From a virus (Duplodnaviria; Caudoviricetes), in IMG/VR virus record IMGVR_UViG_3300023047_000002: DNA of 64,000 nucleotides, one strand, 5' to 3'. This document shows, piece after piece, positions 26,401 through 35,611 of the stretch (the stretch's first letter is position 1; each line of letters begins with the position of its first letter). The translations under genes and the position numbers were made by a program. The notes beneath the pieces are model-generated. The model saw only the letters and a program-made list of their open reading frames with translations. It was not told the DNA's origin and searched no databases.

Positions 26401-28818
26401 TTTATCTACGAATACTTGTATCAGGAAGCGACTATCTGGTTACAACGTAAACGTGACATCATTGAATCGTGGTATCAGGACAAGTTCGGCGATTTGGTAT
26501 TTCCTGTATGGAATTGTACAGTTGACACTACTGAACACCAGTTGTATGTTCAGTGTACAAATGTGCACCAGTGCGCAGAGGAACTCCGGATAGTAGCCAA
26601 CCTTTATCACGAGGATACATGGATAAATGCATTCAACAGCGGTGCAGACGTTCACAAGGCATGTTATTCGCCTGACACAGAGTTCTATGTCAAATCACAC
26701 GGTTGGATGTATGCTGAGAACATAACACCTGAGATGGAGATTGCCTATTATGACGTAAGATCTGATTCGTTCAAGTTTACGAAAGCAGATAAGCGGGCTA
26801 CACAGAAAGGTCGAGATGTATATGTACGTAGTGGTGTTTTCAATGTCACTGGTAATCATCGTATGTACGTAAATTTCGATACTCAGGGATATCACATCGA
26901 ACGTGCAGATAACCTGAAAAATTGCGGCAATGCAAAGCAGCGTTTCCACATGAAGACCGCAGTAGGAACACGTGTTGAGTTCTCAAAAGAACGTAATAAG
27001 GATAACGCTACTGCCTTCGCTCTTGGGTTCTTGTCTTCTATTGATAAGGAATTTGATGGTACACGAATGATCGTGAAATGTTCAACATTGTACCCTGAGG
27101 TCTTTCAAATCCTAAAGGACTACGCATGTAATTCTACGAACAAAACGTTGTTTGCGTTTAGTGATAAAGGTGTCTCTTATTTGACCAGTCTTGGTTTCTC
27201 TACGTCTCTTGGTCGTGTTGTCGATGACGCTCAAATCTTAACGTCACGTAATCGTTATAGAGGATTCATTTGCGGGTTATTGCACGGGTTATCATGTCGA
27301 AAAGACAGCGAGATTTATCTTGGAGACGGTTCCGATTTACATGGTCGAACTTATGTCAAAGACAAAGCTCTAGCTGACTGGATTCAATGGCATCTCACAT
27401 GTAACGGATACTCGTGCAGGGTAACGCATAATGTTCTCTCTGACAGGTATGCGTTATACATTGAGTCACGACAAGACAAAGATGTCTGTATGACGTTCCA
27501 TTCTGTGAAGGGTCATAGTTTGACAAATGGAGGAATATACTCGTGCTTCGAGGTTCCTAGTGGTCTTCTCGTTACACGGTATGATGGACGTATTACAGTT
27601 AATGGTAATACGGCTATTAAGTTATTTGGTGAGGAGAATTACACTAAAGACGCACGTAAGAAAGCAAAGTGCCTGTCAGGCGATACAATGGTTCACACAG
27701 TTGACGGACGTTCTATTCAGATACGCAATCTTGTTTCTGAAGAAACGCATATGAATGCAGTTGAAGGTAATCCGGTTGATATACGGTACAAAGATATTAA
27801 GATTTCTACACCTGATGGGTGGAGTGATGTCACACACTGGATTTATAATGGATTCCGTGAAACGTTGAAGATCACTATTGATCGGCGTCTGATGCTTGAA
27901 GTAACTCCTGATCATTTGGTTGGTAAGTATGAACCTGATGCACATGAAGATGACTCAAAGAAATATACACTTGTTCGTGCTGACTCCTTGTCAGTAGGAG
28001 ACATGGTCTTATGGGATTATTGTCCTATGCGTATAACAAGCATCCAAAAAGGGTACAGTGATGTTTACGACATTACGGTTGACAATGTGTCTCACACGTT
28101 CCATGCAAACGGAGTAGTCGTCCATAACTGTGCGAGCTTCGGGATTCTTTATGGTTCTGGTGCACAAGGTTTTAACAACTCTTTCCCAGACATGACATTG
28201 GATGAGTGTCGTGACTTTATGAAAAAGTTCAAAGATGCACTCCCTGCAATCAGTCAAGGTCAAGCAGAGAATATAGCGTATGCTAGACAGTATGGTGATA
28301 TTAACACAGGGTTCGGTCGTCATCGCCGTGTGAAGTTTTGGCTTTCAAGTCCTGACCGTGCAAAACAGGCATTTGGTGAGAGAACTACTAAAAATACTGC
28401 AGTTCAAGGGACCGCTGCTGATGTATTGAAAATCATATTCTGTCGTTTGTGGGAGAAAGTTTTCAAGCCGTATCCGCAGGTGAAATTCATGTCAACCATT
28501 CACGATGAGGTCAATTTTTCGATTCCTATTGAATTGGCACGTGAAGTTATTCCTTTGTGTGTCGAATGTATGACCATCGAACGTGAAGACTGGCCAGTAC
28601 CTCTAAAGTGTTCATTATCGTTGAGTCGTACTGATTTGGGTAGTCTTATTCCATTTACGTATGATGCTGCTACGGACACGTATGAGCCTGAATGGGATAC
28701 ACTTGAAGTGAAGCCAAAAGTCACGCATACTGTAGAAGCTAATGTCGTTGCTACAGAAGACGAAAACAACTTTGACGATTGTGTGTATGGCGTATCTTTA
28801 GATGAAATAGACTTTTAG
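23458..28818 (+). CDS. polA: family A DNA polymerase (3'-5' exonuclease + polymerase) with four inteins
   Basis: Exo motifs WDTETSGL, FNCRFD, YACTDA; TGRLS; after intein removal motif A SIDM|CAEELR, motif B RKKAK|CASFGILYG, NTAVQGTAAD, motif C TIHDEV; mature protein ~738 aa. Confidence 0.93.
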   Translation: MADDKKNLHKGYVHYIPAVEEKDDWDKDLTFVLIRTLDELRVHDVEHDFTAWDTETSGLDPDMDYLVGFSFSFDGKTGYYVPVAHDDMALGTEAVEIFYSILKKTRKTQFLFNCRFDQRFLEAALKHKGWTLDGMSYYDVQNAIWLADTNVVMPSLKASARHFLGWKPKTFDETLGDAVTFQHVPAEDAYFYACTDALMTYQLALVSNKFYRENLPASRFDNNMLYPLMRLENTPQRLDTEYLKSLVPQVEAIIERTREEVYRLAGTQFNLNAPQQFGKILVERFGVDTGARTATGAMKADLKTIDAWMVKHNAVIGQDIKDFIKAYKEYKKTVKFKSSYLDKYIKAASEQDIYPVRFSYKTNSVPTGRLSCGTSAKNKFFTNNNVQCLEENTSVITSEGIKPIKHVNTGDLVWTGSAFVPCVQLGSKQKRCETVWTYFGKITASLEHKFYTLNLYTFELEWDALASAIAQGKPIVRNTEDGGFTLRELLENETFKKSMLLKPELSGERIKELENLYADIRFDMIRKTDNFWYPNIIPPKVTVYDLEVPTYERFTANGFIVHNSTPKPHAVLLKGRKATEQEIAEKKDILGWYFSNDIPDEEAKGLVEGMDPDNLNIRRAFLSENDQCYVVSIDMCLEGGSPVQTKHGYMGICEIKPGDEVLSPQGWVTVSRVMRTGVEKVIKVFPDNGGQAIYCTENHPFVINGEKVKAKDIKGKVPSVPFHAYVKESVERNKVIECLSYLKQCKTIKEASHYVLEHDLKLLIEDALETYTRAEVSKWCGIRVSSFGHFMNDLGIQPTGKEFCYRQSKFYNNVFEGESTPTSAYLFGFILGDGNISRRRGDYLTLNISSKDEAHLRQICNIFGEDLNIRHNEKKGCEWWCLNIPSRDICNRLLELGISERKSTEPSHVNFEWLGDNFRHFIRGLFDADGYVRITSVLDVSFVGHDSYITEIKKRIEGQWSYKYTSSLSHLSLLGTVEQRKFIYEYLYQEATIWLQRKRDIIESWYQDKFGDLVFPVWNCTVDTTEHQLYVQCTNVHQCAEELRIVANLYHEDTWINAFNSGADVHKACYSPDTEFYVKSHGWMYAENITPEMEIAYYDVRSDSFKFTKADKRATQKGRDVYVRSGVFNVTGNHRMYVNFDTQGYHIERADNLKNCGNAKQRFHMKTAVGTRVEFSKERNKDNATAFALGFLSSIDKEFDGTRMIVKCSTLYPEVFQILKDYACNSTNKTLFAFSDKGVSYLTSLGFSTSLGRVVDDAQILTSRNRYRGFICGLLHGLSCRKDSEIYLGDGSDLHGRTYVKDKALADWIQWHLTCNGYSCRVTHNVLSDRYALYIESRQDKDVCMTFHSVKGHSLTNGGIYSCFEVPSGLLVTRYDGRITVNGNTAIKLFGEENYTKDARKKAKCLSGDTMVHTVDGRSIQIRNLVSEETHMNAVEGNPVDIRYKDIKISTPDGWSDVTHWIYNGFRETLKITIDRRLMLEVTPDHLVGKYEPDAHEDDSKKYTLVRADSLSVGDMVLWDYCPMRITSIQKGYSDVYDITVDNVSHTFHANGVVVHNCASFGILYGSGAQGFNNSFPDMTLDECRDFMKKFKDALPAISQGQAENIAYARQYGDINTGFGRHRRVKFWLSSPDRAKQAFGERTTKNTAVQGTAADVLKIIFCRLWEKVFKPYPQVKFMSTIHDEVNFSIPIELAREVIPLCVECMTIEREDWPVPLKCSLSLSRTDLGSLIPFTYDAATDTYEPEWDTLEVKPKVTHTVEANVVATEDENNFDDCVYGVSLDEIDF
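24619..25146 (+). mobile_element. PolA intein 1 (mini-intein, 176 aa)
   Basis: Q|CLEENTSV...SLEH...VYDLEV...ANGFIVHN|S. Confidence 0.9.
25363..26571 (+). mobile_element. PolA intein 2 (403 aa, LAGLIDADG endonuclease, C-terminal Gln)
   Basis: M|CLEGGSPV...CTENHPF...YLFGFILGDG...FIRGLFDADG...NVHQ|C. Confidence 0.9.
26662..27609 (+). mobile_element. PolA intein 3 (316 aa, degenerate endonuclease)
   Basis: A|CYSPDTEF...VTGNHRM...CFEVPSG...ITVNGN|T. Confidence 0.88.
27670..28128 (+). mobile_element. PolA intein 4 (mini-intein, 153 aa)
   Basis: K|CLSGDTMV...VTPDH...VYDITV...ANGVVVHN|C. Confidence 0.92.
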
Positions 28819-28923
28819 TCCTTTAGTGTGCAGACGCAGTATCTAAAAAGTGTATTGCGTCTGCGTCTTCGTTATGCCTGTAGTGCATTACAGTTAAAAG
28901 AAAACCTGTTTGGAGGGTTTGCC

Positions 28924-29994
28924 ATGTTGATTAAGAAAAAAAAGCAAGAAGCTCGTCGTTCATGGACAGGTGAAGACATTGCACGTCTTCACAAAGAAAG
29001 TTCCTATGGTCGAAATCGTCGTGTTCGTCGTTATGAAGCTGACGATGATAACGATAAACCTATTGAGACTCCGTCTGAGTTCTCAAACAAGCAGTCTTAC
29101 ACAAATTTCGTCAAGCACCTGTTGGATGGTGTAAATGACGACAAAGCAAAAGCGTGGATTGATTATGCTTTTGGTGGAAAGAATGGCGATATAACCTTTA
29201 CCGCAGAAGCTGAGAAAGGTTATGATGTTCATTCATTGTACCCGACACAGAATTTCATCGGTCTTGAAAATTCCATTGGTTTTACTGTGAACAATCCTGA
29301 TAAAGCCAAAGACAGCTTCCGTAAGATGCTCATGGAAGACCGTCCTGAGATTAAGGCAGGTTCTGCCATTTGGATTTTTGAGGGTAAGTACATCATTGAT
29401 GGACATCACCGTTGGTCTCAGGTTTATGCTTTCAATCCGAATGCAAAAGTCGTTGCGGTCAATTTCAAGTGTTCTGAGAAACTTCAACCTAAACAAGCAC
29501 TGGCTGCTGTCCAGGGTGTCATTGCTTCAGTTACAGGTAAAGTACCTATCGCAACAAGCAAGGTTGATGGAAAGGATAATGTAACTGCATCGAACGTTCT
29601 GAAAGACAGCGATACCACAATGTTAAAAGCCGCACAGGTTTGTTTGGAGTCTTCACCTGCTCACGACGAGTTTAACAAACTTTGTGATGAAGTGCTTGAA
29701 ACTGGAGAAGGTGCGTCAACTCGCATTTCACGTATTGACGCAAAGTTCGATGACAATTCAAGCGGATCTAAAGTTCTAACTTATGCAGTGAACAATTGCC
29801 TTGCTCTTAAATCAGGCAACAATGCTGTCGAGGGTGCACCTGATCGTGAGTATATGCCTCAGACGGATGGTGGAAAGGGTGCTCCTGCCGATATTCCTGA
29901 CCAAGTAAAGAAGACACTTGGCTCTGGTGTTGATGACGTCGTTAAAAATGTTGAACACCGTATCCCGAAAGCCATTCGTAAGCGTTACATGTGA
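28924..29994 (+). CDS. ParB/Srx-like domain protein
   Basis: LYPTQ and YIIDGHHRW motifs; GGAGG RBS. Confidence 0.65.
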   Translation: MLIKKKKQEARRSWTGEDIARLHKESSYGRNRRVRRYEADDDNDKPIETPSEFSNKQSYTNFVKHLLDGVNDDKAKAWIDYAFGGKNGDITFTAEAEKGYDVHSLYPTQNFIGLENSIGFTVNNPDKAKDSFRKMLMEDRPEIKAGSAIWIFEGKYIIDGHHRWSQVYAFNPNAKVVAVNFKCSEKLQPKQALAAVQGVIASVTGKVPIATSKVDGKDNVTASNVLKDSDTTMLKAAQVCLESSPAHDEFNKLCDEVLETGEGASTRISRIDAKFDDNSSGSKVLTYAVNNCLALKSGNNAVEGAPDREYMPQTDGGKGAPADIPDQVKKTLGSGVDDVVKNVEHRIPKAIRKRYM

Positions 29995-30035
29995 GCAATC
30001 AATTTAAAGAAAAGTTCTTTTGTTGCTTGACGTTT

Positions 30036-30069
30036 AAAGGCTCATGTACTCAAATACATGAGCCTTTTT
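30036..30069 (+). terminator. intrinsic terminator
   Basis: AAAGGCTCATGTA-ctcaaa-TACATGAGCC followed by T5. Confidence 0.85.
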
Positions 30070-30076
30070 GTCTTAA

Positions 30077-30116
30077 TGGTGCTGTTGTGAGTAAATCGTT
30101 TATTTTGTTGTAAGTT
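30077..30116 (+). promoter_or_regulatory. TGGTGCT-N27-TAAGTT promoter
   Basis: Fixed-spacing motif right after a terminator. Confidence 0.65.
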
Positions 30117-30166
30117 CTTCTTGATTTTTTAGTACTGTTTCTCTTGTCATAGAAGGACGTTAAAAT

Positions 30167-30430
30167 ATGTTGAACTCGCCAGCAGCTGTTGCACATAAAT
30201 TGAATGAACTAGCACCCAACATAGGTATTGGTTATCAGGAACGTAAACGTATGGTGGACACACGTCTTTTCCTTTTCGGTATGTTTGTACTTGACATCAC
30301 TGCATTGGGAGAATGGATGGAAGCGAATTACCCTGAATACCGTGATAAATCTCTTGAGCATTTTTTGTTGGATAAAGATGCCGAACACATCAACGAGTGG
30401 AAAGAACTTCTTGGTATCAGTGAAAATTAG
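30167..30430 (+). CDS. hypothetical protein
   Basis: AAGGA RBS; bracketed by two promoter motifs. Confidence 0.65.
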   Translation: MLNSPAAVAHKLNELAPNIGIGYQERKRMVDTRLFLFGMFVLDITALGEWMEANYPEYRDKSLEHFLLDKDAEHINEWKELLGISEN

Positions 30431-30432
30431 TG

Positions 30433-30472
30433 TGGTGCTGATACTCAAGTTCTACATAAATTGTGGTAGAGT
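30433..30472 (+). promoter_or_regulatory. TGGTGCT-N27-TAGAGT promoter
   Basis: Fixed-spacing motif with TGTGG before the -10. Confidence 0.7.
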
Positions 30473-30508
30473 CATACTTGCGTTTTTCTTTTTGTTTGGT
30501 GGTGTATT

Positions 30509-31375
30509 ATGGCAAAAAGCACAAAGTCAACGGAATCCAATCGTGACGTTCTTGAGAAAATCGACCAAGTGACACGGATAAAGTTCAGAAAGGCAGCTCT
30601 TCATAGTATGGGCGGTATCCCTGAACACAACAGACCTACACATGACGAACTGAATAGAATGCTTGTCATTGAGAGAGAGCGGTTTTTATCTATGCTGTCA
30701 AGGGATACTGTTACGGTATGGCTCTATAACAAGCCGGTACTGAGAGGTCTTATTTATGCTCTTCTTATGATGTACACTGATAATGATGGTGATTGCTTTC
30801 CTCCTGCTATGGATGGATTCTCTTATGTCGATGATGCACAAATACTTGACCACTCGTTTTCTTCCGGAGACTTTTGGTTTCCGTCAGAGTGTATGTGTGT
30901 TGTCATGTTGGGCGTTGCGAAACGCAATAGTTATCTGACAGAGATAATCAATTCTTTTGTTCGCAGAAGGATGGTTGTTAAAAAGCAGCGAACGATTTTT
31001 TTGTTTGAGGGTACACGGAACGATTTTGCACGTCTTTATGGCGAAGTTTCGTCTTTTGAACTCAACAGAGATTCTTATATCATCGACTGGAACGAACGTG
31101 CTTCTGAAAACAGTAACTCGGCACGTCATATAGAAGAAGGTCAGAGGTCGTTTACAGAGAAGTCCGCTTCTGTTGCGTCAAAAGAATTTAATGGTGATTC
31201 TGAGATTCATTTACGTTCCGATACCTCAACGAAGAAATCAGCACTCAAATCTGGAAACACTAAATCTAAAGGTCGTACTAAAAAAGACACATCGTCTCGT
31301 ATTGAACTTGATGACTACAAGCCACAGGAATCTGAGATTCCTGAGCGTAAGTCAAAGACATCCACAATTTTTTAA
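30509..31375 (+). CDS. hypothetical protein (weak resemblance to a degenerate DnaC/IstB-type loader)
   Basis: YLTEIINSFVRRR...RTIF; no Walker A; near the helicase. Confidence 0.5.
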   Translation: MAKSTKSTESNRDVLEKIDQVTRIKFRKAALHSMGGIPEHNRPTHDELNRMLVIERERFLSMLSRDTVTVWLYNKPVLRGLIYALLMMYTDNDGDCFPPAMDGFSYVDDAQILDHSFSSGDFWFPSECMCVVMLGVAKRNSYLTEIINSFVRRRMVVKKQRTIFLFEGTRNDFARLYGEVSSFELNRDSYIIDWNERASENSNSARHIEEGQRSFTEKSASVASKEFNGDSEIHLRSDTSTKKSALKSGNTKSKGRTKKDTSSRIELDDYKPQESEIPERKSKTSTIF

Positions 31376-31396
31376 CACGGAACACAGGAGTTTAAA

Positions 31397-32464
31397 ATGC
31401 AGGGGTTCTCGCTTAAAAGCAACATGGAATTTGTCAAAAAGTCATTACCTATCCCTTTCGGGTTTTTACGCGGCGGCATAAAGAAGATTTCATTCATCAA
31501 TGAAGCACTTGAAGTAACGTTGGTCGAAAAAATCCACGATGGAACATGTGACGGATTCCTCATACCGGGTAGCCTAGTTCGGAAGAAAATTCTACCTGTC
31601 ATTGGTTTGACCGGACTTCTTTTGAAAGACTACCTTAATGACAATATTGGCACTTATTCAGATGCTATACAGAGTGTCGTTATTGAAAGTATTATGTTTA
31701 ACATCAATCATTTCATCTTTTACATTCCTGCACATTCTGTTGAAGCTGTTGACGTTCTCCCCATGTTCAATAAAGACTTGTCTCCGATGGGTGAGGATTT
31801 CACTGATTTGCAGTCAAATTATGAGAAGTATACACCATTGTCGTATATTACTGGATTGTTTGCACCTAAAGACGATGAGAATGCACTTAAATTCGTTCCG
31901 TCAGGTGTCAACGTGACGTATTACAACTGTTCTGATGACAAATTCGAGATGGATTTTTCAGCCGATGACCCTGACACTGATGAGGATTGGTCAAGATGTT
32001 TTACTTTAAAAATGCCTGTTTCCTCTTCAGTTCCACAGAGTCTTACTGGATACCTTTGTAGACCTTCTTTCCCTGTTGACATAACTTTCACATCGAATTT
32101 CGTAAAGGGTAAATATGAGTCTCTTACGCACAATGAACGATTCGATGTGCTGACGACTTATCGAAAGCAACTATCTCCTGACAGCGAAGCAAACTGGTTT
32201 GATGCATTGAACAGCACGCTTGATTGGGATAAATGTTCGGGTAAGGCTTTTGAGTTTTTTCAGTACGTACAACAAAATATGGTAACAAGATGTGAGAGTA
32301 GACAGTGCACCTTTGAAGAACTGAGTACTGAACTCAGGTCTGCGTGGTCAGAATGGAAAACAAGTGACTCGTTGGGTAAGAATGTAGGTAAGTGCCTTGG
32401 GTATATGGTTTCATGGTTTCGTTTTGGATGTCGTACTTGCGAGCATTTACCTAAGGATATCTGA
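31397..32464 (+). CDS. hypothetical protein
   Basis: AGGAG RBS; 355 aa. Confidence 0.7.
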   Translation: MQGFSLKSNMEFVKKSLPIPFGFLRGGIKKISFINEALEVTLVEKIHDGTCDGFLIPGSLVRKKILPVIGLTGLLLKDYLNDNIGTYSDAIQSVVIESIMFNINHFIFYIPAHSVEAVDVLPMFNKDLSPMGEDFTDLQSNYEKYTPLSYITGLFAPKDDENALKFVPSGVNVTYYNCSDDKFEMDFSADDPDTDEDWSRCFTLKMPVSSSVPQSLTGYLCRPSFPVDITFTSNFVKGKYESLTHNERFDVLTTYRKQLSPDSEANWFDALNSTLDWDKCSGKAFEFFQYVQQNMVTRCESRQCTFEELSTELRSAWSEWKTSDSLGKNVGKCLGYMVSWFRFGCRTCEHLPKDI

Positions 32465-32477
32465 TGCCTGTTTGTGA

Positions 32478-32518
32478 TGGTGCTGTGACGTTATGCGTGT
32501 AACGTCACAGTGTATAGT
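32478..32518 (+). promoter_or_regulatory. TGGTGCT-N28-TATAGT promoter (dnaB) with a palindromic spacer
   Basis: Spacer is CTGTGACGTTA-tgcgtg-TAACGTCACAG. Confidence 0.65.
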
Positions 32519-32563
32519 ACGTAGATACTGACCTTACGAAACTTAAACAGACAGGTTATTGAA

Positions 32564-34108
32564 ATGCATGAAACTCAATCAAGCAAGGAAGCATTACAAG
32601 ACATTCAGACAGAAGTTAAAACGTGTTTCTTGAATGTCTTACGCTCATGCTTCGGAGAGAAATCTGAACAGCTATTTTTACAGGTTAAACGTCTTTGCAG
32701 AGTAGACTTTCAGGACATACTGAATTCTGAAATTGCTTACAACGCTTATGATATCCTTTGCTTTATGAAAGCATCGTTTGAGCAGATGGACACGTTTCCA
32801 TCTGCTGCGTCTTTCGCTTCAAGGTATCCTGACTACAAAGGCATTACCCCACTTCAAGGTAGACTTCCCAAGGAATTTGAAGAGGATGTTTCAAGGATAG
32901 AGCGTTTTACGCAGCATTCAAATTTTGCGCGAAAGATGTTCTCTATCGCAAGCGATGTTCGTCTTCGTGGTATCACTACTGAGACACTAGCCCTTGTACA
33001 AGATATGTATGAGGAAACACACAAGGGTTCATCCTCTAAAGACAGGGACTACAAAAAGGAAGTTCAGGAGAATGCTAAAGAAGGGTTCTACCGTCTGTAT
33101 GTCGATCCCGTTGACCGTCTAACCAGAGGTTTCCATAAAGGTTATATAACGACGATTGCAGCTTACGCTGGCGGTTGTAAAACCACATGGGCATTGAACG
33201 CAGCATTACACAATGCTCTTGAAGGTCTGCATGTCGTTTATATGTCGTTTGAAGTAGCATCTGACCAAATGTGGGCGAAGCTGATGTCTGTTTATTCATT
33301 CATAAATGAAAGCCCTATCGGTACACGTAATGCAATCCCATTTCAGGATATTCTTTCTGATGACCTTACACATGAACAACGTAAGAATCTTGATATACTT
33401 GATGCATCGTGGAAGCAGAAAATTCAGCCAAATCTAACGTTACTTGATGAATCGGACATTGCTGAAACTGATATGGAAGAAGAGTCTGTACGACAGCTTC
33501 TGTATCGTATAGACGACAAACATCCAATTGATTTGATCATCATCGACCATATTACCTTCTTAAAGTTTTACAACGGTCATGGACGTAATCCATCGTCCAA
33601 GGATGAGTATGGGAAGTTGAACAACTACGTTGCCTTTTTTAGAAAGCTCGCGACCACATTTAGAATAAAGGAAGGAAAGCCTCAGAAAATAGGCGTAATC
33701 CTGCTTAGCCAGATTAACCGAAAAGGGTACGAAGCAGCATTGAAAAGCATGGATACAGATAGCAAGAACGTTCAAGGTAAGTACACCATGACTGCTCTTG
33801 CGGAGGCAAATGAGCTTGACCGTTCCTCTGGATATGTCCTGTCGATTTTCAGAAATGCAAGTTCAGACACTGCATTGATTCAATTGCTGAAAAACCGTAA
33901 CGGTGATACTTGTGAAGATGGAGTTACTGCGACAACACAATTAAAGTATGGAGTCTTTGGAGACACCATAACCATGTCAAATGAAGATTTCAGGCGTGAG
34001 GTTCGCTCAAATAAAAAGTCACAGGAGACACCTTCTGATGACTTGAACGCAAACTCATTGGAGTGGAGCAATATATTTGAGTCAGAAGAAGACTTGTTTA
34101 AAATTTAA
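32564..34108 (+). CDS. dnaB: DnaB-like (SF4) replicative helicase
   Basis: TIAAYAGGCKT, YMSFEV, IIIDHI, LLSQINR, LKNRNG. Confidence 0.85.
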   Translation: MHETQSSKEALQDIQTEVKTCFLNVLRSCFGEKSEQLFLQVKRLCRVDFQDILNSEIAYNAYDILCFMKASFEQMDTFPSAASFASRYPDYKGITPLQGRLPKEFEEDVSRIERFTQHSNFARKMFSIASDVRLRGITTETLALVQDMYEETHKGSSSKDRDYKKEVQENAKEGFYRLYVDPVDRLTRGFHKGYITTIAAYAGGCKTTWALNAALHNALEGLHVVYMSFEVASDQMWAKLMSVYSFINESPIGTRNAIPFQDILSDDLTHEQRKNLDILDASWKQKIQPNLTLLDESDIAETDMEEESVRQLLYRIDDKHPIDLIIIDHITFLKFYNGHGRNPSSKDEYGKLNNYVAFFRKLATTFRIKEGKPQKIGVILLSQINRKGYEAALKSMDTDSKNVQGKYTMTALAEANELDRSSGYVLSIFRNASSDTALIQLLKNRNGDTCEDGVTATTQLKYGVFGDTITMSNEDFRREVRSNKKSQETPSDDLNANSLEWSNIFESEEDLFKI

Positions 34109-34128
34109 AGATGCATCGGAGGTAATCA

Positions 34129-34557
34129 ATGGCAACACTTGACCCAGCACAGTATACGTTCATAAAAAAGGTTGAAGAGGGAATCCGTCGATGGCTTCTT
34201 CCTGATACTTTAGAACCGATAGAGATTATCGCCATAACCGAAAATACATCACCTGATGAAATTTCACATCTGTACACGTCTGTCATGCAGCAGATGCAAG
34301 ATTTTTCTCGTTCCGTTCTTGAACTTCGTAAAATCTCAGCAGGGCTTAGAGGACAAATGAACATTGCCGCTGCACAGGGGAATGAAGCACAGTATGAGCT
34401 GTACAGAATGAAGTCAAGCATTGACCGGTTGCTCGCTACCATAGACAACTACGTTGAAGCATATAGTGGTCATCTTGAAACTCTCAAGACCATTGCACGA
34501 GGTCTAAACAGTGAGTGTTATCTTTACAATCAGCGGTTTGCCGCTTACAATTTCTAA
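34129..34557 (+). CDS. hypothetical helical protein
   Basis: GGAGG RBS. Confidence 0.7.
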   Translation: MATLDPAQYTFIKKVEEGIRRWLLPDTLEPIEIIAITENTSPDEISHLYTSVMQQMQDFSRSVLELRKISAGLRGQMNIAAAQGNEAQYELYRMKSSIDRLLATIDNYVEAYSGHLETLKTIARGLNSECYLYNQRFAAYNF

Positions 34558-34574
34558 GACAGGAGATCATTACC

Positions 34575-34790
34575 TTGAAAAACGACAACTCACAGAATGC
34601 ACAGGTATTCAGTTACTTGCGTTCAAGTCAGCCTTGGTACAGAGAGCAGAAGAAGTGTAGTGAAGAGTTCGACCGTCTTGTTGACCGTGTGTCACATATT
34701 ACGGACTTAATCGACCAAAAAGTAAAAGCACTCGGATATGCAACCTATGAAACGAATACCGATGGGAGAAATTCAAATGACAGACAGTAA
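34575..34790 (+). CDS. hypothetical protein
   Basis: AGGAG RBS before TTG 34575. Confidence 0.5.
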   Translation: MKNDNSQNAQVFSYLRSSQPWYREQKKCSEEFDRLVDRVSHITDLIDQKVKALGYATYETNTDGRNSNDRQ

Positions 34791-35505
34791 GTCCTGCAAA
34801 ACTGATTTAGATTTTTCCGTACAAGAAGTCACTAAAGAACAGTCAACCCTTAGTACGTACCCTAAAGTCATCATAACCTGTCCATCATTTGAAGTGATCA
34901 CACCGTTAGATGGCCTGTATATTTTGAAGTACATTGAAGAAATAGGAAGGACTTGTTATCAGTCTTATCGCAACACGAAAGATGATTCATGTTATGACTT
35001 TGTTCGGATGCTCATCAGACGTGGACATGAATCTATGCTTGAGCACTTTTCCTTTTCTGTTCGATTTGTTGTTGACCGTGCAGTTCAGAACGAGCTCGTC
35101 AGGCATCGGTTGAGTTCATTAGCGGTTGAGTCATCCAGGTATGTTAATTATTCTCTTGAGAAGAACGGAGGCGTGATACGTGTAATTTGTCCACCACAAA
35201 TCAAATATGGTACTGTTGAGTACGACATGTGGGTTGCGTCAATGCAAAAAAGTTCCGACACCTACTTTGAGTTATTGAAAACAACTACACCAGAAATCGC
35301 ACGAAGCGTGCTTCCACTGGCTCTGAAAACGGAGATGGTTATGTCGGCTAACTTACGACAATGGCGTAACGTGTTCAAACTACGATGTGATAATGCAGCA
35401 CATCCACAGATGCGTATGCTTATGCTACCACTGCTTAGCTATGTTAAGAAGCAGATTCCCGTCGTTTTCGATGATCTTGACTACCCGGAAGAGCTTGAAC
35501 TTTAG
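34777..35505 (+). CDS. thyX: flavin-dependent thymidylate synthase
   Basis: GRTCYQS, RRGHESMLEH, ELVRHR...ESSRYVNY, ARSVLP, NLRQWR, AHPQMR. Confidence 0.95.
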   Translation: MTDSKSCKTDLDFSVQEVTKEQSTLSTYPKVIITCPSFEVITPLDGLYILKYIEEIGRTCYQSYRNTKDDSCYDFVRMLIRRGHESMLEHFSFSVRFVVDRAVQNELVRHRLSSLAVESSRYVNYSLEKNGGVIRVICPPQIKYGTVEYDMWVASMQKSSDTYFELLKTTTPEIARSVLPLALKTEMVMSANLRQWRNVFKLRCDNAAHPQMRMLMLPLLSYVKKQIPVVFDDLDYPEELEL

Positions 35506-35538
35506 TCGTACAACGCAACAACCTGTGTTTTGTTTCTG

Positions 35539-35571
35539 AAAAAGAGCCGAAAACCCTCCACGGCTCTTTTT
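35539..35571 (+). terminator. intrinsic terminator, possibly bidirectional
   Basis: AAAAAGAGCCG...CGGCTCTTTTT. Confidence 0.7.
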
Positions 35572-35611
35572 CATTATGCACCACCACAAACCATTCATTG
35601 ATGAGGTGTCT

